A stretch of DNA of 64,000 nucleotides, from assembly GCA_963682015.1 (NCBI GenBank), contig OY820932.1, positions 3,034,618-3,098,617 of the forward strand, read 5' to 3'. Both the position numbers and the translations under genes were made by a program. The notes under the pieces were generated by a model. That model was given only the letters and a program-made list of their open reading frames with translations, had not been told where the DNA came from and ran no database searches. This DNA is from Smithellaceae bacterium (GTDB lineage: Bacteria; Desulfobacterota; Syntrophia; Syntrophales; Smithellaceae). This document shows, piece by piece, positions 56,484-64,000 of the stretch. How positions within the stretch are numbered: the first letter of the stretch is position 1; each line of letters starts with the position of its first letter.

Positions 56484-57356
56484 ATGACACACTATTATCA
56501 AACGTTCTACGAAGACCTTAAGCTCACCGGCAAATCCAATCGAACCATAGCAATCTATGAAAAGCATTTGCAAAAGATTGAGGGATACTACAACAAATCC
56601 CCCGAACAAATCAATGAAGAAGAACTGCGGAAGTATCTGATTGCCATGAAGGATGAGAAACATTATTCCGAAGCGTTCTTCAAACAGGCCATCAGCGCTT
56701 TTCGCTTCTTCTACCATCACATCCTTGAACACGCCGACTGGAAAACCCTTAAATTTATCAAACCGCAAAAAGAAAGGCGATTGCCCGATGTTCTGTCCCG
56801 GGAAGAAGTGAAACTTATCTTGTTCCATGTCCGGGTTCCGCGGCAGAAAGCCTTCCTGTTTACCCTCTATTCCCTGGGCCTGCGCCTCTCGGAAGGACTT
56901 CATCTGCAGATCGGAGATATTGATTCATCCAGAATGCTGGTCCATGTCCGGGCGGGAAAAGGGAAAAAAGACCGGTTTGTCCCTCTGCCTCAGGCCACTT
57001 TGGATGTTCTCAGGAAACACTGGCTCACGCACCGGCACCCCTCGTTGATCTTTCCCGCGCCGGGACGGGGAGAAAACCGCTCGTCTTGCGCCCTGCGTCC
57101 GATGCCCTTTCAATCGGTGCAAAATGTTCTGCGGCTGGTTGTCCGCGAAACGGGAATTCAGAAATGGGTCCACTGCCAGACGTTGCGGCATTCCTACGCC
57201 ACGCATCTTCTGGAAGCCGGCGTTCATTTGAGATTGATTCAGGAATACCTGGGGCATACCTCACCCAAAACCACGGCTAAATACACGCATCTGACACCCC
57301 AGGCCCAGGTTTTTGCGGTTTCAACAATTAACGACATCATGAGCGGCGTCCTCTAA
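56484..57356 (+). CDS. Tyrosine recombinase (XerC/D-like) of the IS91-family element
   Basis: GLRLSEG, GKGKKDRFVPL, LRHSYATHLLEAG and the YTHL catalytic motifs. Confidence 0.85.
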   Translation: MTHYYQTFYEDLKLTGKSNRTIAIYEKHLQKIEGYYNKSPEQINEEELRKYLIAMKDEKHYSEAFFKQAISAFRFFYHHILEHADWKTLKFIKPQKERRLPDVLSREEVKLILFHVRVPRQKAFLFTLYSLGLRLSEGLHLQIGDIDSSRMLVHVRAGKGKKDRFVPLPQATLDVLRKHWLTHRHPSLIFPAPGRGENRSSCALRPMPFQSVQNVLRLVVRETGIQKWVHCQTLRHSYATHLLEAGVHLRLIQEYLGHTSPKTTAKYTHLTPQAQVFAVSTINDIMSGVL

Positions 57357-57357
57357 C

Positions 57358-58449
57358 GTGCGCCTCTCCGGGTTGTTTCAGATGTTCGGGGAGGAGTATC
57401 TCTCCCGGTATGCCGAAGCTATGCCGCCTGCGCACCGCAAGGCGATCGGGGACATTATGTCCTGCCGAACGCAGATGATGGGCGGGAAACGCTTTGATTG
57501 TCCCCGGTGCAAAGCCAAGCAGTACGCTTATCATTCGTGCAACAACCGCCATTGTCCCCGGTGCGGTGGAGATAAAACCGAAGGATGGCTGAAAATACAA
57601 TTCGACCGGCTGCTGCCCGTTCCCTATTTCTTTGCGACCTTTACCTTGCCGGATGCTTTTCGCTTCTTGTTCCGGGCGTACCAGAAGCTTTGCTATGGTC
57701 TCTTCTTTGAGGCATCCGCGCAGGCGCTGAAAGAGGTTGCTTCAAACAAACGCTTTGTCGGCGGGCAGATCGGTTTTTTCGGCGTTTTGCAAACCTGGAC
57801 GTCGGAGTTGTTCTATCATCCTCATATCCATTACATTGTCCCCGGTGTCGGGTTATCTCAAAATCGTAAAAACTGGATCAAGATCAAAAACAAGATATTT
57901 CTGGTTCACATTAAGCCGCTGGGGCTCCGGTTCAAATCCCTTTTTCAGCAGGCGCTGAAGAAGCATCCGGATCTCTATGCGCAAGTGCCGGATGCAGTCT
58001 GGCGTCGAGACTGGGTGGTTCACTGCGAACCGGCGGGCTACGGGCGGGAGGTGATTTCGTATCTTGCGCCTTATATCTTCCGAACGGCGATGACGGATCA
58101 GCGGACCTTGACGCTCCATGAGGATGCAACGGTTTCTTTTACCTGTAAAGATAACAAAAACGGGGAAAGAAAACCCTGCCGCCTTGAGGCGATGGAACTT
58201 ATCGGAAGATTCTTGCAGCATGTCCTGCCCAGAGGCTTTGTCAAGATCCGCTACTTTGGCCTGATGGCCGCCAATCAGGGACATTTGCAAAAACAGCTCA
58301 AATGGCTCATCCTGAAGTCGATCTCTCAAAAAGAACAGGCATGTTTCCTGGTGATTGTTTTTAAGCCCCGGGACAGGCAGATGCGGTGCCGGTGCTGCGG
58401 GTCGCCTCTCGTCTTATCAGAGATTCTGAAACCATCAAGAGGGCCGTGA
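57358..58449 (+). CDS. IS91-family (HUH Y2) transposase
   Basis: An N-terminal zinc-binding region (CPRCKAKQYAYHSCNNRHCPRCG), HPHIHYIVPG (HUH) and a C-terminal CxxC. The GTG start lies 2 nt after the upstream stop. Confidence 0.85.
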   Translation: MRLSGLFQMFGEEYLSRYAEAMPPAHRKAIGDIMSCRTQMMGGKRFDCPRCKAKQYAYHSCNNRHCPRCGGDKTEGWLKIQFDRLLPVPYFFATFTLPDAFRFLFRAYQKLCYGLFFEASAQALKEVASNKRFVGGQIGFFGVLQTWTSELFYHPHIHYIVPGVGLSQNRKNWIKIKNKIFLVHIKPLGLRFKSLFQQALKKHPDLYAQVPDAVWRRDWVVHCEPAGYGREVISYLAPYIFRTAMTDQRTLTLHEDATVSFTCKDNKNGERKPCRLEAMELIGRFLQHVLPRGFVKIRYFGLMAANQGHLQKQLKWLILKSISQKEQACFLVIVFKPRDRQMRCRCCGSPLVLSEILKPSRGP

Positions 58450-58733
58450 TGATATCGATGGTGTGTTGGGATGGTTGGTTATTGTTTGGTGGGTTTTTTC
58501 AAAGGCTGCTTTTGGCCTTAACGGGAAGGTGTTGCTCAAACGCCGTTTTAATGGCTTTTTGCGATGCCAAACGTTTATTACTCCCGCCGGAATCCGACGC
58601 TTTCTTTCCTGCGCGTTCCCGGCGATGCTTTTTGTATTCCTCTATGAACGCTTTTTACCGGTTTTTGCTCCCTCGTCGAGCTCCTTTGTCTTCCGTTTAA
58701 ATCGCATAATCATAAATCGGTGACAGCAGGCTT

Positions 58734-58796
58734 GTTCAACCCGCGATGAAATCGAGGCTCCTGCGTCGCTCGAATTCATCGCTTTATACGTTAGCA
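58734..58796 (-). repeat. attC site of the first cassette
   Basis: The minus strand reads TGCTAAC...GTTGAAC. The arms GCGATGAAATCGAG / CTCGAATTCATCGC pair with one mismatch. Confidence 0.6.
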
Positions 58797-58800
58797 TTTT

Positions 58801-59367
58801 TTATTCCATCTTTTTGCACTTAGAACACACTTGTTCGTTCTCTATGACTGAATACTTTTGCCTGCATTTTGAGCATGTGCGGATGAGTTCAGCGGTGACC
58901 TCAACGTGCAGTGCGAACCGTTCTTGAACCCCTAAAAATATCTTGTTTAGAAACTGCATTGTGAATTCATGAGGGGTGCTATCAGCGCTCAACTGCACAT
59001 TCACAATTCTCTCTGCGTGAGCCACCTTTTGAGCACCTTCCTGCAAACCAAGCGGACTAACAATGATTCCGCCCTGCGCACCGGTGTCAAGTATTCGATA
59101 AGCCAGTGAAGCCATTTTTTCTTGATTCTGTTTAGAAGTCGTGTGTCGGCGGCATTCGATAATGACAAACCCTTCATTCCCTTCACTTACGCCTTTAGCG
59201 TCTATTTCCCATTCTGTCTGTGAACGGAAACCAGGCACGCTCTGTTTCCCTTCAATCTTAGACAAACCAAACTCACAAGCACACTGGTTGAGCAAATATG
59301 TTGCCACTTCTTCATATGATTTCCATTCAGTAGTCATGGTTTCTCTTATCCTATTTTGTGCTAACAT
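58801..59367 (-). CDS. First integron cassette: PD-(D/E)xK (Mrr-like) restriction-endonuclease-fold protein with C-terminal zinc ribbon
   Basis: WEIDAKG...GFVIIECRRH..K fits a D...ExK/R nuclease core. GGIIVSPLGLQEGAQKVA resembles the Mrr_cat tail. The C-terminus has CSKCRQK...CSKCKK. An alternative start at 59337 has a better RBS. Confidence 0.55.
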   Translation of the reverse strand: MLAQNRIRETMTTEWKSYEEVATYLLNQCACEFGLSKIEGKQSVPGFRSQTEWEIDAKGVSEGNEGFVIIECRRHTTSKQNQEKMASLAYRILDTGAQGGIIVSPLGLQEGAQKVAHAERIVNVQLSADSTPHEFTMQFLNKIFLGVQERFALHVEVTAELIRTCSKCRQKYSVIENEQVCSKCKKME

Positions 59368-59520
59368 TTAATCTACACAATGACCGGTACTGGCCAGTCA
59401 GTGCGAAAACTACGCTTGCTTTGCTTGGGATCAAAAATAAAAACTTCTTGAAAATCAAGACAATATAAAATACACAATGTGTAATTAGTCCTTATTACCA
59501 CAAAATACACAATGCGTTTT
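59365..59520. other. attI region (candidate)
   Basis: It lies between the first cassette and intI. GTTAGCA (minus strand) overlaps the cassette ATG. Three direct copies of ACACAATG are present (59375-59382, 59472-59479, 59507-59514), and two of them extend to AAAATACACAATG. Confidence 0.45.
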
Positions 59521-59582
59521 TTATGGGTTTTTCGGCAAATGCCATGTTGTTTGCCCATTTTTATACTTGTGGAGGTGCTTCC

Positions 59583-60899
59583 ATGCATCATATTTTACCG
59601 GAATTTCAAAAGTTCATGACCGAAAGAAATCTCGCCCCGAAAAACCAGATTCCCTTTTACGCTTACTGGGCGGGCAAGTTCATTCGTTTCTGTAATGAGC
59701 AGGATGCTACCCCATCTGAATTAAAAGTTCAATTATTTCTTGACGATCTGAAAAAAGACCCGAAACTACAGGACTGGCAGGTCGCGCAGGGCGAAAATGC
59801 CGTCAAACTGTATGTTGATCATTATTTGTCGAAAAATCCGTCCATGCCGGTATCTGAAAAACAGAAGGAAAGACAGCGCAGCTTTTCCGACGCGGCCGCC
59901 GTTCGTCAGAAAATCCGGGAGGCACTGCGTATCAAACATTATGCCTATAGTACGGAAAGTACTTACACGGAATGGTTCCAACGCTTTTACGATTATGTGA
60001 CCAAAGTCAAAAACAAAGACTGGGAGACACAGGGGACGGATGAAGAAGATGTACGTGATTTTTTAAGCCATCTGGCAATCAAGCGGCGCGTGTCTTCTTC
60101 AACGCAGAATCAAGCGTTCAATGCGTTGCTTTTTGTGTTTCGTTATGTGCTCCAAATTGATTTGAAAGACATCAGTCAAACGGTGCGGGCCAAGCGCGGG
60201 CCTAAGCTGCCTGTTGTGCTGTCGGTCGATGAAGTCAGGCAACTGCTGGGGCATTTATCAGGGCGCGATCTGCTTCTGGTTCACATCCTTTACGGAACGG
60301 GCATGCGGTTGATGGAGGTGGCCAGGCTGCGGGTGAACGATGTCGATTTCAACGCCAATTCGATCTTCGTGCGTGGCGGCAAAGGGGATAAGGACCGGGC
60401 AACCGTTTTGCCTCAGGCTGTGATTGAACCGCTGAAAGAGCATCTTAAAGGCGTGAGAGAACTGCATGAGCAGGATCTGGCAAAAGGACATGGCGAGGTT
60501 TATTTGCCGGAAGCGCTGGCACGGAAATATCCGCAAGCAGGAACGGAGTGGCGCTGGCAGTATGTGTTTCCTGCCAGTAATCTTTCCGTTGATCCCCGTT
60601 CCGGCAAGGTGCGTCGTCACCATATCAGTGCAGGAACGATTCAAAACACGGTCGCGGATGCGGCTCAAAAAGCGGACATCCCCAAACATGCCACGGTCCA
60701 CACGCTGCGCCACAGCTTCGCGACGCATCTTTTGATGGCCGGGGTCAATATCCGCGAGGTGCAGGAGTTATTGGGGCACAAGAACGTTGAAACGACTATG
60801 ATTTACACGCATGTGCTGCGGGATATGTCCCACGCCCCGAAAAGCCCGCTGGATGCGCTGCTGGCGGGGTCGGGGGAACTTCTGAAAAAGACTTCCTGA
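59583..60899 (+). CDS. intI: Integron integrase
   Basis: The IntI-specific insertion [37 protein letters not shown] is present. The catalytic set is R (GMRLME), K (GKGDKDR), [10 protein letters not shown] and YTHV. The ATG at 59583 has a GGAGG RBS. The protein has ~100 extra N-terminal residues. Confidence 0.9.
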   Translation: MHHILPEFQKFMTERNLAPKNQIPFYAYWAGKFIRFCNEQDATPSELKVQLFLDDLKKDPKLQDWQVAQGENAVKLYVDHYLSKNPSMPVSEKQKERQRSFSDAAAVRQKIREALRIKHYAYSTESTYTEWFQRFYDYVTKVKNKDWETQGTDEEDVRDFLSHLAIKRRVSSSTQNQAFNALLFVFRYVLQIDLKDISQTVRAKRGPKLPVVLSVDEVRQLLGHLSGRDLLLVHILYGTGMRLMEVARLRVNDVDFNANSIFVRGGKGDKDRATVLPQAVIEPLKEHLKGVRELHEQDLAKGHGEVYLPEALARKYPQAGTEWRWQYVFPASNLSVDPRSGKVRRHHISAGTIQNTVADAAQKADIPKHATVHTLRHSFATHLLMAGVNIREVQELLGHKNVETTMIYTHVLRDMSHAPKSPLDALLAGSGELLKKTS

Positions 60900-60940
60900 T
60901 TTCCAAACGCCTTCTTCAGGCGGCCGGATGAAAGACCGGT

Positions 60941-62212
60941 TTATTTGCCGTTCGGAATTTCGGCAAAGGTTTCCTTCAGGATGGCCGCGCACTCGTCCAT
61001 CTGCTCCCGGGTGTGATAGGCCGAGACGGACAGTCTCAGCCGGGTGCGCTTGGTCGACACGGCCGGGTAGGTGACAATGCCGGTGTACAATCCTTTTTCA
61101 TAAATCCGGCTGCCGACTTCCCTCAGGCGCGCTTCTTCTCCGACGAATACCGGCACGACCTGGGATTGCGTGTCTCCAATGTCGAGGCCGGCTTCTTTGA
61201 GGATTGCGTGCATGTACCGGGTGTTCTCCCAGAGTTTTTCGCGCTGGCTTTTGTCTTTCGAGTAAATATCCAGGATTTTTAAAATGCCCGCCGCCGTGTG
61301 GGGCGCCATGGCGCATGAAAAGATGTACGAGCGGGCGGAAAAACGCATGTAGTTGATCAGTTTCATATCGCCGGCCGCGAAGCCGCCGATGGCGCCGAAG
61401 GATTTGCTGAAGGTTCCGATGCTGATGTCGATTTCGTCTTCCAGGCCGAAATGCTCGGCCACCCCCCGGCCGTGCTCACCGAAGATCAATGTGGCGTGCG
61501 CTTCGTCAACCAGGATTTTCGCGCCGTATTTTTTGCAGATTTCCACGATTTCGGGCAGCCGGGCCAGGTCTCCGTCCATGCTGTAGACGCCTTCCACGCA
61601 GACAATGGCCCGCCTGGTGGTCAGGCTTTTCAACACCCTTTCCAGGTGACGCGGAGAGTTGTGGCTGAAAATTTTGATGTCCGCGCCGGCCAGTTTGGCG
61701 CCGTCGTAGATGGATGCATGAGAAAGAATGTCCAGAACGGCGGCGTCTCCCGGTTTCAGGATGCAGGACAGGACGCCCACATTGGCGCTGTATCCCGTCG
61801 GAAAAACCAGGGCCGCTTCCTTGCCTTTGAAGGCCGCGATACTTTCTTCCAGCTTTTTCGAAACGTCGTAATATCCGCTGAAAAGCGGGGCTGACGCGGC
61901 GCCGGTTCCGTACCGGGCCAGGGTATCCTGAACTTCCCGGATCACCTCGGGATACACGGAGTAGCCAAGGTAGTTATAGGAGGCGAAATTCAGATACGGC
62001 TTGATGCTGTCGCTGTAACGGTCATAGGCTTCCACCCGGGACACCGGCGCGGTGGAAAGCGGGTTTAAATAAACATAGTGCTTGCGGCGGATGCCGTCCT
62101 GATAGAATTCCCAGAATAAGTCTTTCACGCTGAACAGATCATCGCCGTGAAATTCGATAAACTCCTGGTGGGTGTGGTCTTTTGGTTTCTCTTCCTTCTT
62201 GCTTTGTTTCAT
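60941..62212 (-). CDS. Alpha-oxoamine synthase family PLP enzyme (BioF/Kbl/Spt-like)
   Basis: FASYNYLG, DEAHA and GTFSKSFG (PLP lysine) motifs. Confidence 0.8.
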   Translation of the reverse strand: MKQSKKEEKPKDHTHQEFIEFHGDDLFSVKDLFWEFYQDGIRRKHYVYLNPLSTAPVSRVEAYDRYSDSIKPYLNFASYNYLGYSVYPEVIREVQDTLARYGTGAASAPLFSGYYDVSKKLEESIAAFKGKEAALVFPTGYSANVGVLSCILKPGDAAVLDILSHASIYDGAKLAGADIKIFSHNSPRHLERVLKSLTTRRAIVCVEGVYSMDGDLARLPEIVEICKKYGAKILVDEAHATLIFGEHGRGVAEHFGLEDEIDISIGTFSKSFGAIGGFAAGDMKLINYMRFSARSYIFSCAMAPHTAAGILKILDIYSKDKSQREKLWENTRYMHAILKEAGLDIGDTQSQVVPVFVGEEARLREVGSRIYEKGLYTGIVTYPAVSTKRTRLRLSVSAYHTREQMDECAAILKETFAEIPNGK

Positions 62213-62238
62213 TGCGTTGCGATCCTTAAATATGATGA

Positions 62239-63675
62239 CTACCAGGAAAAGACAAGATCCACTTCCAGCTGGTCGTTGTTTTTATAGCGGCCGAACAGCG
62301 ACTGGGAATTTCCCCAGAAGCCGATGGCCGTGACGCCGACCTTCCACGAGTCTGACAGAATGTACCAGGCATTGGCTCTGGCCATCGCGCCGCCATGCTC
62401 GGGATTATAGGCGCCGTTGAGGTTGGTCTCGATTTTCTGATTCATAAAGCCGTTTTTCAGGTTGGCCCAGAAAACGGTTTCCAGTTTCTGTTCATATGCG
62501 GTGTAAGGTCTGTCGATGAGCAGGGTCTGCTGGGCCTGCATGGTGAGCACGCAGTCTTCAAATACACGGTAGTCGGCGCCAACGCCGTATTCCAGCGTGT
62601 CGCTTTTGAATTCGTTGGGATTCAGGGGGTAGACGCCGAGTACGGCGGTGGTCGGATATCCCCATCGTTCGAGATTGGTATTGAAGTAACGGCCAAACGC
62701 GTAGGCCGCTTCGGCCCGCACGCTCCAGTTGCCCTTGACGAAGGCCGCATCCGCGCCGACGGACGACATCTTGTGAAAGTCGGGCGTGACGCCCGGATCG
62801 ATGACAATCCGGCCGTTGGTAAATCCGGTGATCAACTGTGTGGTTTTCATGACCGGACGGGGATCGTAGCCGGTAAACAGATTGATGCTCCAGTCCACGA
62901 TGCCGGTTTTCTGGAGGCGGAGCCCTCCGGAGCCGGACGACAGGTTGCGGGAGGGGAGTTCGGCATCGGTGGTGAGAATTTCAACCGGTTCGTCTTTTAC
63001 CCGCGCGATGACCTGCGTAAAGGGCGACCAGCGTTCGTTGTTGAGCGGGAAGCGATACGGAATGAAAACGGGAACCCAGACCGCCTCCATGTTCCAGCTT
63101 TCCTTGTGCAGACGGGCGGAAAGCGACGGAACGCCGATCTTTCTTTCTTCCAGCGGTTTTCTCAGAAACTGGCTGTAGTCCCAGGGGTTCAAAAGGTCGT
63201 TGACGGGGTATTCGTCAAGCCTGCCCCAGGAGAAGCGCTGAATGCCCGCGCGGATTTCCAGTAAATCGGTGGAGTAGGATCCGAACAGTTCCTTGAATTC
63301 CAGGTAGGGCGTGGTGCTTTGATAGACCCGGTCGCCGAATTTGAGCGTGGAATGGTCTTTTACCGGAAGGTGGACGCTTCCGTCCCATCCTCCCTCCAGG
63401 CACATGTGAAAACGCCAGGGGCCGAGGTTTTTGGTGTCTGCTTCGACCTGTCCCAAGAGGCTGGGGTATTCCATGGCGCTGTCGCTTTTCAGCGGTACGA
63501 CGCCGCGCAGATGGAGTTTTCCCGTAACGGAAAGGATGTCTTTGGATTCCGCCGGAGGTTTGGCAACGGTCTTGCCGAAACCCGGTTTATCCGCAAAGGT
63601 AAGATAGTCTTCCGCGTTGCCGGCGGAAACGAAAAGAAACAGCAGCATGAATGCAACTGTCCATTGTTTTTTCAT
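62239..63675 (-). CDS. Outer-membrane beta-barrel protein (DUF1302-like?)
   Basis: Signal peptide, an alternating amphipathic strand pattern and a C-terminal ..VDLVFSW. Confidence 0.45.
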   Translation of the reverse strand: MKKQWTVAFMLLFLFVSAGNAEDYLTFADKPGFGKTVAKPPAESKDILSVTGKLHLRGVVPLKSDSAMEYPSLLGQVEADTKNLGPWRFHMCLEGGWDGSVHLPVKDHSTLKFGDRVYQSTTPYLEFKELFGSYSTDLLEIRAGIQRFSWGRLDEYPVNDLLNPWDYSQFLRKPLEERKIGVPSLSARLHKESWNMEAVWVPVFIPYRFPLNNERWSPFTQVIARVKDEPVEILTTDAELPSRNLSSGSGGLRLQKTGIVDWSINLFTGYDPRPVMKTTQLITGFTNGRIVIDPGVTPDFHKMSSVGADAAFVKGNWSVRAEAAYAFGRYFNTNLERWGYPTTAVLGVYPLNPNEFKSDTLEYGVGADYRVFEDCVLTMQAQQTLLIDRPYTAYEQKLETVFWANLKNGFMNQKIETNLNGAYNPEHGGAMARANAWYILSDSWKVGVTAIGFWGNSQSLFGRYKNNDQLEVDLVFSW

Positions 63676-63745
63676 ATTCCTCTCTCCCTGGTTTTTTTAT
63701 TCACTACAGGCCGGCCGCTGTTTCATCCAGCCGGAATCATCATTA

Positions 63746-64000
63746 TTATTTTCCGCCCCGTTCCAGCGTTCTCTGGGTGAAAAGTTCATCCGGGTAACTG
63801 GTGCGATAAACCACCCTGGTGACGGTCAGAGTTGTTTTGTGCTTTGTCTTGTAGTTTTCCATCACGGACTGGAAAGGCGTGGGAAAGCCGTCGGTCATCC
63901 GGATGTCCTTGAACGTTCCGGCGCGGTACAGTTCTTTTTCCCGGTAATATTCAATTTTTGTGACCACCCAGAGGTCTTTGGCCACCCAGGTAACATATCG
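63746..64000 (-). CDS. LolA-like outer-membrane lipoprotein-sorting family protein (N-terminus outside window)
   Basis: The frame is open to the window edge. The C-terminal region (...VVTKIEYYREKELYRAG.. TVTRVVY) is reminiscent of LolA_like/DUF1329-type partners of DUF1302 barrels. Confidence 0.4.
   Translation of the reverse strand, partial: RYVTWVAKDLWVVTKIEYYREKELYRAGTFKDIRMTDGFPTPFQSVMENYKTKHKTTLTVTRVVYRTSYPDELFTQRTLERGGK

Larger units (their letters stand above)
56374..58733 (+). mobile_element. IS91-family element with an upstream tyrosine recombinase gene
   Basis: Two adjacent ORFs fill the interval between two complete attC sites. A hairpin GCCGTGCAGGGCACGGC sits at the left end. 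The right end abuts CTTGTTC, which contains the IS91-family target tetranucleotides CTTG and GTTC. Confidence 0.65.

Noticed and set aside
1-64000. Search by eye for rRNA genes, tRNA genes and CRISPR arrays in all intergenic regions longer than 100 nt.
   Set aside because: I saw no cloverleaf-compatible sequences, no rRNA-like conserved blocks and no regularly spaced direct repeats with unique spacers. tRNAscan-SE, Infernal and a CRISPR finder should confirm this.

Overview
This 64-kb window comes from a Gram-negative chromosome, probably Desulfobacterota-like. That guess rests on gene content only: a Sec-containing selD, Mla/RND envelope genes and group II introns.

nt 1-41.4 kb looks like core genome. 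It holds:
- a partial PHB-depolymerase-like esterase, a DUF4388/cNMP-binding protein and a kinase-less KdpD-like sensor
- kup preceded by a c-di-AMP (ydaO-class) riboswitch
- an mlaE-F-D-C-A-omp-ddl operon in which MlaF carries a degenerate GGDEF-like tail
- an FmdB zinc-ribbon protein and an overlapping DHH / GalT-like pair
- selD with an in-frame UGA (Sec) that the ORF track truncates, then thrC and a TPR protein
- TetR regulators and a NodT-MFP-RND efflux operon
- four promoters sharing one operator (solute-binding protein, alpha/beta hydrolase + DUF1330, nitronate-monooxygenase-like, hbd)
- a cdaA-ybbR fusion followed by corA, a rubrerythrin-like protein and an isochorismatase

nt ~41.9-60.9 kb is the accessory highlight: a chromosomal integron. 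It has an intact intI (59583-60899), an attI region with direct repeats, about ten attC-like sites, and cassettes on the minus strand. The array is invaded by:
- an IS1182-family IS
- a RayT/REP-like unit
- two identical IS4-family copies
- a different IS4-family (DUF4372-type) IS
- a group IIC-like intron sitting antisense inside an attC, plus a 5'-truncated second copy
- an IS91-family element with its own tyrosine recombinase

The cassettes include a RelE/Phd pair, a PD-(D/E)xK nuclease with a zinc ribbon, two unknown or HEPN-like proteins (candidate defence or toxin cassettes), a PNPOx-family protein and several disrupted genes.

The window ends with an alpha-oxoamine synthase / outer-membrane barrel / LolA-like cluster. 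I saw no rRNA, tRNA or CRISPR array. All family assignments come from motif recognition by eye, not from searches.
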